Below are positions 50,293 to 59,929 of a stretch of 64,000 bases of DNA, piece after piece; the first letter of the stretch is position 1, and every line of letters begins with the position of its first letter. This DNA is from Synechococcales cyanobacterium VAR_4_metabat_354. Lineage in GTDB: Bacteria > Cyanobacteriota > Cyanobacteriia > Cyanobacteriales > Chamaesiphonaceae. Location: the NCBI GenBank assembly GCA_031414775.1, contig JANOQI010000024.1:103656-167655 (forward strand), in the 5' to 3' direction. The notes under the pieces are model-generated. The model did no database searches, was not told the origin of the DNA, and saw only the letters and a list, made by a program, of their open reading frames with translations. The position numbers were made by a program, and so were the translations under genes.

Positions 50293-53277
50293 ATGACAAA
50301 GCTGGATAATTTAGCTGAAAAGCAGTTGCAACAAGAGTTGCAGTCAATGTTCTTAATCGATACTCAACAACAGTTAGAGACTTATTTCGACCTCGCCCAA
50401 CAGCTAACTCCTCAATCTTGGGTTGCCGATATTCAGCACATCTACCGTACTGTTCACACTATCAAAGGTGGTGCCGTTACGGTGGAAGCTAATGGGATGT
50501 TCCAAGCAGCAATTGTCCTAGAAAACTTGCTCTCAGATTTGCGTTATTTGGAAGTATCACCACCACTAAATGATGGTCAATTAAGCCAGATACTTTTAGA
50601 AGCTGGTGAACTGTTGGCAAGTTGTTTAGAAATTGTGGAGACTGGGAGCGCCGCCATTGATCAGGTGCAGCTAACAATCCAACGACTGACCACTTTGCAC
50701 ATCCAAGTCAAGGATTGCTATCTGTCTGACTGGGATGAAATGAGACAAGTTCATCAAGAATTTGCGGATCAGGGCTTTGAGTTAGTAGCGTTGGAATTAG
50801 AAATGTCTTTGAACCAACTGCCGCCCAGTGGAACGGTGATGGCTGAGGCGGTGACCGTTGGTAATTCTTTGCTGCAACAGCTGCGAGAAATTGGCCAAGA
50901 ATTAAATTTTGCCGACGATTGGACAAAGCTCATTCATAGTTGTCAAGAACTAATTGATCATGGTGATTGTCAGCAATGGCGATCGATCTGGCCACAATAT
51001 TTAGTATTATTCAAAAAATGTGCTAAAAAAAGCGGTAAAATGCCCTCGGAGCTACTGAGTGAGTTGAGGTTCATCCCACCCAGTATGGCGACCCATCATG
51101 GTCTTGGTTCTGATTTATTCCTGAGGTCATCTCCTGCTGCCCAGGCCAATGATTTAGACATTAAGGCTTTAGATCTAGGTCAGACTCCAGATCTGGAAAA
51201 TGATTTGGGAGCTTGTGATGACTATATTGAAGCTCATCTAGAAAATACCCCGTTAAATCCAGATCAAAACTGGCCTGAGTTATCGATCGATGAACAATTG
51301 CCAGCTAATAACCTAGCTAATTTGTTAGATGACTTCTTGGATGAAGACGACTTGGGTGTCTCTCATCGTGAATTAGCTGATGGCGATCAACTTCCCCCAG
51401 AATTAGTAGCAATAGAACCAGCCAAACAATCAGAATTTCAGCTAGGATCTGATTTCAGAACCAAAGCTAGGCGCAATGTTCAAATCCCCGTCCCATTAGA
51501 GCGCTTAGACAAGTCTGCACAGCAAGTAGTAGATATTTTGCTGACCACCAGAGGAATAAATAGTCAATCCCAGCAACTACGATCTCAATTAGCTCAGTTA
51601 ACAGCTATCACTGCTGAGAGTGCCCAGTTTACCACAAAACTCCGCCAGCTTCAGGACGATTATGCCTTACTACGTAACATTAGTGACGAACAAGAAACAT
51701 CCCTCAATCTAACGTTAGAACGCTACCGACAGGGCTACAGCACTATTAACCGGCTACTAGAAAACATCTTGCGGATGTCGGAATTAGGCGGAGAATTGGC
51801 TACCTCTACTTACCAAACTTTTGACAGTCTAGCGCGCCTCGATCAACAGATTCTCAGTCTCAAAGATGGTATTGAAGTAAACCGTCTCGTACCATTCCGG
51901 AACTTGACAATCCGGGCAAGAGCTATTCTGCGCGATCTGACTAATCGCTACGGAAAACCAGTGGACTTGATCATTAATAATGAACAGATTGAACTAGATG
52001 CTGGAGTCATTCAACAGATTGAGCCAGCCTTACTCCATCTCCTTCGTAATGCCTATGATCACGGTATCGAAGCGCTTGACGAACGATTGTCTGCTGGTAA
52101 AACAACGCCGGGGCAAATCACATTGAAATTACAGCGACGGGGTAATATCTATCGATTGACGGTGCAGGATAATGGCCGAGGTATTAATGCGGTCACGATT
52201 AGTGATAGTGCTCAAGCGCGAGGCTTTGAGCAAACAATCACTAACACTAACGCTGAATTATTAGCAGTAATCTGTCAACCGGGTTTTAGTTCTCGGACTA
52301 TTGTTAGTGAAGTATCCGGACGTGGGGTTGGCATGGATGTAGTGGCCAACCAAATTATGGCGATCGGCGGCAAGCTACATCTCGATACCCAGTTGGGAGT
52401 CGGCAGTACTTTTACGATCGAAGTGCCAGCTCCACAACTCTTAGTATCCTGTGTCTTACTTCAGTCTGGTGAACGCATTATTGCGCTACCCGCTGAAGAA
52501 ATTTTAGAGACGGTCTTGCTCAGTGTCACCGATATTCAACTAAATATTGATCAGCGCCATTGGCAAATCAACACTTTTCGGAGTGTGGCTCCGGCCTATA
52601 GCTTGGCGGCTTACTGGAAACAGTTCTCTACCACTTTGCCAGAAACTGCGATCGGCCTGCGTTGTCGCCTAGATGGCCAAGCCGATGTATGGTTAATCGC
52701 GGATGATTTGCTAGGACAGTCTGAGTTGTTAATCAATCCTCTCCCTAGTCCGTTAGTACCACCGATAGGTATGTTGGGGGTGAGCTTGCAGCCAGACGGT
52801 AGTCTACTCTCAGTGCTAGATCCCACGGCAATCATGACGGTCTTACAATCCTCATCGGGGACTTCAGTCTCCACTCCCGTGCAGGCGGTGGCCAGTGTCA
52901 TCACGATTTTAATTGTGGATGATGCGGCTTTAATCCGTCGCCGATTATCTGGTAGTCTAACCAGTGTGGGTTTTACTGTTCATGCCTGTAGTGACGGCCT
53001 TGAGGCACTGCAATGGCTTGAAACTAATGAGCTACCGGCCTTAATGATTACTGATGTGGAAATGCCCAATATGGATGGGCTAACTCTGATCGATCGATGT
53101 CGTCAAACGGGTATTCAGATACCAATCTTGGTTCTATCTTCTCGCTTGTCGGAGGATTGGGGTAAAGAAGCACAGCGAGTTGGAGCCAATGAATTCTTGA
53201 ATAAAGGCTTTACCACAGATGAACTGTTGAGTACGATCGATCACTTATTGGCCACCCAGAAATCAATAATGGTCTAA
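50293..53277 (+). CDS. CheA-CheY hybrid histidine kinase
   Basis: Hpt HTIKGG, HLLRNAYDHGIE, DNGRG, SGRGVGMDVV, CheW domain and C-terminal receiver. Confidence 0.92.
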   Translation: MTKLDNLAEKQLQQELQSMFLIDTQQQLETYFDLAQQLTPQSWVADIQHIYRTVHTIKGGAVTVEANGMFQAAIVLENLLSDLRYLEVSPPLNDGQLSQILLEAGELLASCLEIVETGSAAIDQVQLTIQRLTTLHIQVKDCYLSDWDEMRQVHQEFADQGFELVALELEMSLNQLPPSGTVMAEAVTVGNSLLQQLREIGQELNFADDWTKLIHSCQELIDHGDCQQWRSIWPQYLVLFKKCAKKSGKMPSELLSELRFIPPSMATHHGLGSDLFLRSSPAAQANDLDIKALDLGQTPDLENDLGACDDYIEAHLENTPLNPDQNWPELSIDEQLPANNLANLLDDFLDEDDLGVSHRELADGDQLPPELVAIEPAKQSEFQLGSDFRTKARRNVQIPVPLERLDKSAQQVVDILLTTRGINSQSQQLRSQLAQLTAITAESAQFTTKLRQLQDDYALLRNISDEQETSLNLTLERYRQGYSTINRLLENILRMSELGGELATSTYQTFDSLARLDQQILSLKDGIEVNRLVPFRNLTIRARAILRDLTNRYGKPVDLIINNEQIELDAGVIQQIEPALLHLLRNAYDHGIEALDERLSAGKTTPGQITLKLQRRGNIYRLTVQDNGRGINAVTISDSAQARGFEQTITNTNAELLAVICQPGFSSRTIVSEVSGRGVGMDVVANQIMAIGGKLHLDTQLGVGSTFTIEVPAPQLLVSCVLLQSGERIIALPAEEILETVLLSVTDIQLNIDQRHWQINTFRSVAPAYSLAAYWKQFSTTLPETAIGLRCRLDGQADVWLIADDLLGQSELLINPLPSPLVPPIGMLGVSLQPDGSLLSVLDPTAIMTVLQSSSGTSVSTPVQAVASVITILIVDDAALIRRRLSGSLTSVGFTVHACSDGLEALQWLETNELPALMITDVEMPNMDGLTLIDRCRQTGIQIPILVLSSRLSEDWGKEAQRVGANEFLNKGFTTDELLSTIDHLLATQKSIMV

Positions 53278-53340
53278 GCGCTACCAAAGAGGTATTATAT
53301 TCATAGCTGAAAGCTGCCAGTTTTTAACCTAGGAATTATC

Positions 53341-54345
53341 ATGCTTAGAAGAACCATTATTAAATCATCGGCTATTCTGGGGGTAAGTGCCTTAGCTACC
53401 AGTATTTTTAGCAGCTGTGCTCAGCCCCAACGTAAGACTAACAAGCGTTTTAAGCCTTTACAAGTTGGTGTTTTACTCTGGTTTGGCTGTGAAGGGATGT
53501 TTTTAGCTGGCCAAAAAAATTTGTTTACAACTCCGGTCGAGCAAAAATATTTTTCGACAGTCACGGAATTATACGAGGCTTTGCTCGTTGGTAAACTTGA
53601 TCTAGCAGCTGTGGTTGCTACCGATCTATTGGTACTTACCGAAAGAGTGCCCAACATTAAAACAATTATGGTCACTGATTATTCTGGCGAGGTAGATGGC
53701 ATCCTAGCTAGTAATCAGGTTACTAGGCCGGAAGATTTGAGAGGTAAAAAAATCGCGCGGGAGGATGTGCCCTACGAAATTGTTTTCTTGGGAGAATTCC
53801 TGAAACTGGGTGGTATGACTGAAAAAGATGTGCAGATTGTATCCATGACAGCCGAGAATGGTGCAGCAGCTTTTGCGGCAGGCAAGGTGGATGCGGTGGC
53901 TACCTACGATCCTCACTTGGGCAAAGCCCTGAAGCAACGGCCAGATGCTAAATTATTATTCTCGCCTAAGCAAAGCAACATTATTCCCAACGCGATCGTG
54001 GCTCATGGTCAAGTGATTACAGAACGGCGCAACGAAGTCCAAGAATATTTGCGATCAGTCGATAAAGGACTGAAGTATTCAGCAGACCAAGCGCACCGCG
54101 CAGAAGTCGATGGCATGATGGCCAAGTGGTTAGGTGTCACAACCAGTGAAGTTGCGGTGCAACGTTCCAAAATTTATATCCTAGATATTGTCAAAAATAA
54201 GATCGATGCTTTTAACCCGGCCAGTCATTTGAATGTGGAAGATAGCGTCCGATCGGGTGGGCAAATTCTTTGGGAGGCTGGCAAATTGAAGAAACTAGTG
54301 GACGCCGCCACTATAATAGATGGCTCTTTGATTAAATCTTTGTAG
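53341..54345 (+). CDS. SsuA/NMT1-like periplasmic substrate-binding lipoprotein
   Basis: RR signal plus FSSC lipobox; DLRGKKIA and FAAGKVDAVATYDP motifs. Confidence 0.8.
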   Translation: MLRRTIIKSSAILGVSALATSIFSSCAQPQRKTNKRFKPLQVGVLLWFGCEGMFLAGQKNLFTTPVEQKYFSTVTELYEALLVGKLDLAAVVATDLLVLTERVPNIKTIMVTDYSGEVDGILASNQVTRPEDLRGKKIAREDVPYEIVFLGEFLKLGGMTEKDVQIVSMTAENGAAAFAAGKVDAVATYDPHLGKALKQRPDAKLLFSPKQSNIIPNAIVAHGQVITERRNEVQEYLRSVDKGLKYSADQAHRAEVDGMMAKWLGVTTSEVAVQRSKIYILDIVKNKIDAFNPASHLNVEDSVRSGGQILWEAGKLKKLVDAATIIDGSLIKSL

Positions 54346-54462
54346 ATGCTTAGATCAAAATATCTCTCAGTATGGCGAGGATTTTTGGGGAGTAGCGTTC
54401 ATCTGAGCAAACATTCCGGTACACTTAATGGTAAGAAAAATTAAGTTGCAAGTAATCTCATA

Positions 54463-54657
54463 ATGGAAATTGGTCAACAGGTAAAGGTGTATCGCTTACG
54501 CGATCGAGTATCGGACAGCATTGTAGGTAAACTCGGCCAGATTGGTACTGTCAAAGAATTTAGAATGACAGATGGTAGTGGTGTTGGTGCTGTTGTAGAG
54601 TTTTCTGACCGGTCAGCCACCTGGTTTTTTGAGGACGAATTAAAAGTACAAGGCTAA
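54463..54657 (+). CDS. petP: Cytochrome b6f-associated subunit PetP (DUF2862)
   Basis: RLRDRV, TDGSGVG and TWFFEDEL motifs. Confidence 0.85.
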   Translation: MEIGQQVKVYRLRDRVSDSIVGKLGQIGTVKEFRMTDGSGVGAVVEFSDRSATWFFEDELKVQG

Positions 54658-54659
54658 AC

Positions 54660-55730
54660 ATGACCCAAATTCTCACCTTTTTAGGCAAAGGCGGTGTCGG
54701 TTGTACAGCTGTCTCGGTAGCTGCTGCACGTCAAATGGCCAGTCGAGGGCAACGAGTGCTCTGGGTTGGTCAAGGATTTTACACCGCTAACCTGTGGGGT
54801 GAAGTCGTGTTGACGGATCAGCCCCAGACGGTGGCTGCTAATCTGTCAGTAGTGAATCTTTCTACCACACAGTTGTTAGAAAAAGCTTGGAGTTTAGTTA
54901 AACAGCTCGAAGCAAAATATCTGCGTACCCCCTTACTACAAGCTGTATATGGTCAAGAAATGGCCATCATTCCGGGAATGGATGGTGCGGTGGCACTCTA
55001 CACCCTTCAAGAGTATTTTAATGGCGGCCAGTATGATGTTATTCTCTATGACGGTACTGATGGTCTGAACATTCTGCGAACTTTTGGGTTGCCGGATACC
55101 CTCAGTTGGTACGTCCGCCGTTTTCGGCAAGTGATTGAAACTTCTGATCTGTGGCGTAATGCCATGCCCATTTTGCAACCAGTGGCCGCCACAGTATTAA
55201 ATATGGCTTGGACAGGGGAAGGTCTGAATGTGCCTGCTGTTCAGGAAGCTACCGATCTGCTCGATCGAGGGCAAAAAGCGATGACTAATCCGCAACAAGT
55301 CGCCGCCTATTTGGTGACAACCGCTGATCCCGCCGATGTCCAAAAAGCAATGTGGCTATGGGGTCGCTCTCAGCAAGTGGGGTTAGTGGTAGCCGGAGTG
55401 CTGGTGAACCGAGCTAATGCCGTTGACTCGAAGATTCAGGATTCTTTTCAGCCATTGCCGGTCAGTGCAATCGATGACCTAGGTAATATCCCCAGCTTAA
55501 AACCAGCAACGGATCTGCCCAAGCCGATCGAGATTGATGTAGCTAATCGGCAAGTAAAGTTATTTTTGCCTGGGTTTACCAAACAAGAAGTCAAACTCAG
55601 TCAATCTGGCCCTGAGATTACAATCGATGCTGGCGACCAGCGCCGGAATATTTTTCTACCGCCCAGCTTGCGTGGCTCCGATGTGACGGGCGCCAAATTT
55701 CAACATAACTATCTGATCATTTCACTATGA
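54660..55730 (+). CDS. ArsA/Get3-like ATPase with C-terminal alpha-crystallin-like domain
   Basis: FLGKGG; LPGF.KQEVKLSQSGPEITIDAGDQRRNI; petP-get3-chlG synteny. Confidence 0.8.
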   Translation: MTQILTFLGKGGVGCTAVSVAAARQMASRGQRVLWVGQGFYTANLWGEVVLTDQPQTVAANLSVVNLSTTQLLEKAWSLVKQLEAKYLRTPLLQAVYGQEMAIIPGMDGAVALYTLQEYFNGGQYDVILYDGTDGLNILRTFGLPDTLSWYVRRFRQVIETSDLWRNAMPILQPVAATVLNMAWTGEGLNVPAVQEATDLLDRGQKAMTNPQQVAAYLVTTADPADVQKAMWLWGRSQQVGLVVAGVLVNRANAVDSKIQDSFQPLPVSAIDDLGNIPSLKPATDLPKPIEIDVANRQVKLFLPGFTKQEVKLSQSGPEITIDAGDQRRNIFLPPSLRGSDVTGAKFQHNYLIISL

Positions 55731-56689
55731 CCGAAGAACCAAAAAAGACCGGCTCCGCCACCAGACAGATGATGGGGATGAAAGGTGCCACTGCTGGTGG
55801 TTCCATTTGGAAAATTCGCATTCAGTTGATGAAACCAATTACTTGGATTCCACTGATTTGGGGAGTGGTTTGTGGTGCCGCCTCAGCGGGTACCTACACT
55901 TGGTCGCTAGAAAATGTGCTGAAGGCAGCGCTTTGTATGCTGATGTCTGGTCCTTTTTTAACGGGATATACCCAAACGGTGAATGAGTATTACGACCGAG
56001 AGATCGACGCCGTAAATGAACCCTATCGTCCGATTCCTTCGGGAGCTATTTCACTGCCCCAAGTAATCGTACAAATGTGGGTTTTGCTGATCGGTGGCAT
56101 CGGCGTTGCCTTTATTTTGGATCGTTGGGCAGGCCACGATTTTCCGGTACTAACTTGTTTGGCCTTAGGCGGCTCTTTGGTGGCCTATATTTATTCGGCA
56201 CCACCCCTCAAACTCAAGCAAAATGGTTGGTTGGGTAACTATGCTTTGGGTGCTAGCTATATTGCTTTGCCTTGGTGGGCTGGTCACGCCTTGTTTGGAC
56301 AACTAAATTGGACAATCATAGTATTGACCCTATTCTATAGTCTGGCTGGGCTAGGAATTGCAGTGGTCAATGATTTCAAGAGTGTAGAAGGAGACAGCAG
56401 ATTTGGAATGAAGTCGATCCCAGTGATGTTTGGGATCGATAAAGCCGCTTGGGTTTGTGTATTAATGATTGATATTTTCCAGGCTGGGATTGCTCTTTAT
56501 CTGATTTCAATTCACCAGAATCTTTACGCGGCCATTTTATTGCTATTGATCATTCCGCAGATTACTTTCCAGGACATGTATTTTCTTCGCAACCCTCTAG
56601 AAAATGATGTCAAGTATCAAGCCAGTGCCCAGCCATTTTTGGTAATTGGGATGTTGGTAGCTGGATTAGCGTTAGGCCACGCCGGATAA
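55727..56689 (+). CDS. chlG: Chlorophyll synthase
   Basis: QLMKPITWIPLIWG, DREIDAVNEPYRPIPSG and NDFKSVEGD motifs. Confidence 0.96.
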   Translation: MTEEPKKTGSATRQMMGMKGATAGGSIWKIRIQLMKPITWIPLIWGVVCGAASAGTYTWSLENVLKAALCMLMSGPFLTGYTQTVNEYYDREIDAVNEPYRPIPSGAISLPQVIVQMWVLLIGGIGVAFILDRWAGHDFPVLTCLALGGSLVAYIYSAPPLKLKQNGWLGNYALGASYIALPWWAGHALFGQLNWTIIVLTLFYSLAGLGIAVVNDFKSVEGDSRFGMKSIPVMFGIDKAAWVCVLMIDIFQAGIALYLISIHQNLYAAILLLLIIPQITFQDMYFLRNPLENDVKYQASAQPFLVIGMLVAGLALGHAG

Positions 56690-56690
56690 T

Positions 56691-56945
56691 CTACATCATC
56701 CAATATTCGGGCTTAATGAAATCTTCCATCGCTAATACCCAACTGGCATGATTAAAGCCTGACAACACCCGCCAAATCTGTACTTGGATGGCTTGCCGCT
56801 GGCGTAGCTTATCAGTAGGGGAACCGTCACCATTAATCCTAATCCAGCAGTATCCCCAATACAGCAGAGCAAACCAGCGCAAATAGCGACGTTTAATCCA
56901 GCGCAGCGGGTTCTGCCAAAAAGATTTCCACATGATTGAATTCAC
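56691..56945 (-). CDS. Small Trp-rich hypothetical protein
   Basis: 84-aa ORF filling the gap; AGGAG upstream of the GTG start. Confidence 0.5.
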   Translation of the reverse strand: MNSIMWKSFWQNPLRWIKRRYLRWFALLYWGYCWIRINGDGSPTDKLRQRQAIQVQIWRVLSGFNHASWVLAMEDFIKPEYWMM

Positions 56946-57025
56946 GAACTATTACTCCTAGATGCCTTTGACAGTGATCGATCGCACAAAACAATTCTAA
57001 TAAAAATACATGTCTAGTGTCACCC

Positions 57026-57055
57026 CCCCTTTGTCAGGTTAAATTGACAAAGGGG
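57026..57055 (-). terminator. Hairpin downstream of the SDR gene
   Basis: cccctttgtca-N8-tgacaaagggg. Confidence 0.55.
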
Positions 57056-57071
57056 CAGATGTGCTGAGCTT

Positions 57072-57851
57072 CTAAACTGATTGGGGCGTGGATAACAAGA
57101 GAATGCGTTCCATGAGCCATGGTGCCAGGTTTTGACAGTAAACAGCTAAATGGCTTTGCCAACCGACCAGAATTTCTGATCGATCATGTGCTAGTCCTTT
57201 AATCAAAACCTTAGCTACCCGTCTCGGCGTCATGGCTCTGACCCACCGAAAACGTTGTAAATCCTTCACCATATCAGTATCAGTCAGAGTCGGTAAAAAG
57301 GTAACAACCTTGATATTATCAGCGGCTAGTTCACTCCGCAGTGCTTGACTAAAACCCAGAATGGCAAACTTAGTCGCTGAATAGGTGGCCATTGTGGGAG
57401 CGGCCACTTTCCCCATCAGACTGGAAACGTTGACGATCGTGCCTTCTTTTTGGGAAACCATCCGACGGGCTACGCAGCGGGTGATAGCATACAGTCCTAA
57501 TAAGTTCAAAGAAATTTCTTGGTAGACCTCTGGGAAACGAGCTTGGAGAAAAGGACCCTGGTAGGCCACTCCAGCGCAGTTCACCAAGAGATGAATTGGC
57601 CCATAATCACGCCAAGTTTTAGCGATTTCGGTATTTACAGTAATAGCTTGGGTCAAATCCAGCGGTAGGATAACGACCTCAATATTGAGATTTATTTGTT
57701 TGATTTCTGTAGCAAGTTGCACTAAATTATCGTGGTTGCGTGCCACTATAATAAGGCGACGGACACCACTTTGAGCAAGTTCGATCGAGATAGCACGGCC
57801 AATGCCTCGGGAAGCACCGGTAACCAAGGCGGTTTTTTGATTCAAATTCAT
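57072..57851 (-). CDS. Short-chain dehydrogenase/reductase
   Basis: TGASRGIG, NVSS and YSATK motifs; strong AGGAGG RBS. Confidence 0.9.
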   Translation of the reverse strand: MNLNQKTALVTGASRGIGRAISIELAQSGVRRLIIVARNHDNLVQLATEIKQINLNIEVVILPLDLTQAITVNTEIAKTWRDYGPIHLLVNCAGVAYQGPFLQARFPEVYQEISLNLLGLYAITRCVARRMVSQKEGTIVNVSSLMGKVAAPTMATYSATKFAILGFSQALRSELAADNIKVVTFLPTLTDTDMVKDLQRFRWVRAMTPRRVAKVLIKGLAHDRSEILVGWQSHLAVYCQNLAPWLMERILLLSTPQSV

Positions 57852-58322
57852 GATTTTACCTCCTGTTTATAGTGGCTGTCGGGATGAGGAATGAAGTCTG
57901 CAAACTATCCATAACCAACTTCTGACAGAAGAAGACCCCATTCAGTCATGGGAAAACTCTGAAATATCAACTAGTTACTGAATTAAACATGTTAGTTCAA
58001 TCAGCATTAGTGCGATCTATCCCCAGACAAACCTGGGAATTCATGGAAAGATAGCTATGTAGTTAAAAGATTAAGAATGCAAAGGTTCAATCAGCAACCG
58101 AAGTTTTGAAGTGAATGGACTGAACTGTTGAGCATATTTTTACGCCTCTCATTGAGAAACTCATTGTGGGTGAAAGATTTCTCCATTACAAACACCCTAA
58201 CAAACTAATTTTCTTTTGGCAACATTTCTTTACAGGGAGTACTACGGTTGGTGTATTTAAGTAGTGGTGACTGCTAAATCCTGTCGATGTTCCCATTTTG
58301 CAGCAATTTGGTCGGATAGGAT

Positions 58323-58338
58323 TGTAATTACAGCTACA
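58323..58338. promoter_or_regulatory. Putative NtcA box
   Basis: TGTA-N8-TACA in intergenic DNA; no well-spaced -10 found. Confidence 0.35.
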
Positions 58339-58371
58339 AATCACACAGTTTGGCGTAATTTTCTGAAGAAT

Positions 58372-59775
58372 TTATCGTGCTCGCCAAGTGCCATGAAAAC
58401 CTATCGGGATCACCGTTGGCAACTGCAGGCGACATAGTGGTTCTTCTGGCAATTGATCGCCATGCCAAATCCACACCTCACTTTGGTGTTGTTGCCCGTT
58501 ATAAACTGTCGCCAAGACCCAATCTTGCACCCAGATTGGCTCACTAGGATAGAGGTGCGGTGAGAGATTGGTGCTAATTAAGCTATCTGTTTGATAGTCA
58601 TAACGAGCAATATCTCCCAATAGCTCCTGGGTCATATTGCCGCCCAGTTTTTGCACAGACAAATAGGTATATCGTCCTGGCAGACCCACTGTAGTAGATA
58701 CTGGAAATTCACAGCCTCGATTGACAATACAAGTATTGCTGACGACCCGCTGCCTTTGGGGATTAATGATCAGCTGCCACAGTTGACCAGCAACTGCTCG
58801 ATTGGTCTGACCAGTAGCAACATCCTGCAAGAACCCATTGGTCTGAAAATCCTCGTATCTAACGATCTCCAATACCACCTGCCCCTGAGCATTGACATGA
58901 CCATTGCCAAAATGCCACTGAAACCAGGTATCGGTTTCGATCACAGGTAATGGTTCCAAAGTCTCTCGATCGATCAGCAAAATCTGAGTACCGAGGTGCG
59001 GCTGCCACTGCATGGCTTCACTAAAACTCTTTTGATTCAAAAGAATCGGCAGCATCTTAATTCGGACTGGCGAAATACAAAACACCAAATATTTACCCGC
59101 AAAAGCAAAATCATGGATAAGCGGCAAGTAGGGCAGCGGGATCGATCGATTTCTGCTAATCTGGCCAGTGCGATCGCTTTGGTATAGGTGTATGGCTATT
59201 TTGGCACCAATTGCCACCCCAAAATTAAAAATCTCACCAGTCTGAGGATCGACTTTGGGGTGAGCGCTATAGGGCAGCTTGGCTTGGCCAGTACCTAAAT
59301 CAGTCAAGCCGATGGTGGTGAGATCTTCCAAATCTAGGGCATGGGGAGCGCCGCCTTCCCACAGTGCCAATAGCTGATCTGGCAATGCCAACACCGCAGT
59401 ATTTGCCACATTTTTAATGCCCCGCAACAGGCCGCGCAGCCCTGGAGCAGCCATCCCATAATTGCTGTATAGCAATCGATCGGCCTCACTTTCGGCTACA
59501 TAGCCAGCCGTTTGCACATACCGGTAGGTACCTCGCGCCCGACCATCGGCAAAATGCACCGCTAAAACTGCCCCATCGCCATCAAACCAGTGACCCATGG
59601 TCTGTGCACCTCGGATCAAACGCCCCGGTCCATTGCGATAGAAACTGCCCTGCAACCTGATGGGGATCTGACCAGCCAAAATTCGCAGTGGCTGCATGGA
59701 GAACTCCATTGCGGGTTCGACGTTCGATCTACCCCAAGTTGGTGGAGCCGGTTGACTAGTGGTGGCGGCATTCAT
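58372..59775 (-). CDS. Carotenoid cleavage oxygenase (RPE65/CCD family)
   Basis: RNGPG, HWFDGDG, SAHPKVDP, IHDF, WHFGN and GFHGTW motifs (four Fe-binding His). Confidence 0.9.
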   Translation of the reverse strand: MNAATTSQPAPPTWGRSNVEPAMEFSMQPLRILAGQIPIRLQGSFYRNGPGRLIRGAQTMGHWFDGDGAVLAVHFADGRARGTYRYVQTAGYVAESEADRLLYSNYGMAAPGLRGLLRGIKNVANTAVLALPDQLLALWEGGAPHALDLEDLTTIGLTDLGTGQAKLPYSAHPKVDPQTGEIFNFGVAIGAKIAIHLYQSDRTGQISRNRSIPLPYLPLIHDFAFAGKYLVFCISPVRIKMLPILLNQKSFSEAMQWQPHLGTQILLIDRETLEPLPVIETDTWFQWHFGNGHVNAQGQVVLEIVRYEDFQTNGFLQDVATGQTNRAVAGQLWQLIINPQRQRVVSNTCIVNRGCEFPVSTTVGLPGRYTYLSVQKLGGNMTQELLGDIARYDYQTDSLISTNLSPHLYPSEPIWVQDWVLATVYNGQQHQSEVWIWHGDQLPEEPLCRLQLPTVIPIGFHGTWRAR

Positions 59776-59929
59776 GGCAAGAATCTGGGAGGAGTGTTCA
59801 AAACTGACTATAATGGCTTCGAGAAAGGCGTTAGATTATTGAAGTTATTGAGTCAACTTTAACTCTCTCCCACCAATTCAGAACAAAAATCGGATCAAGC
59901 CGATTGCTCATTCCCTTACTGCTGTTATC

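Noticed and set aside
54463..56689. petP-get3-like-chlG as a novel system
   Set aside because: I recognise this as a commonly conserved cyanobacterial arrangement
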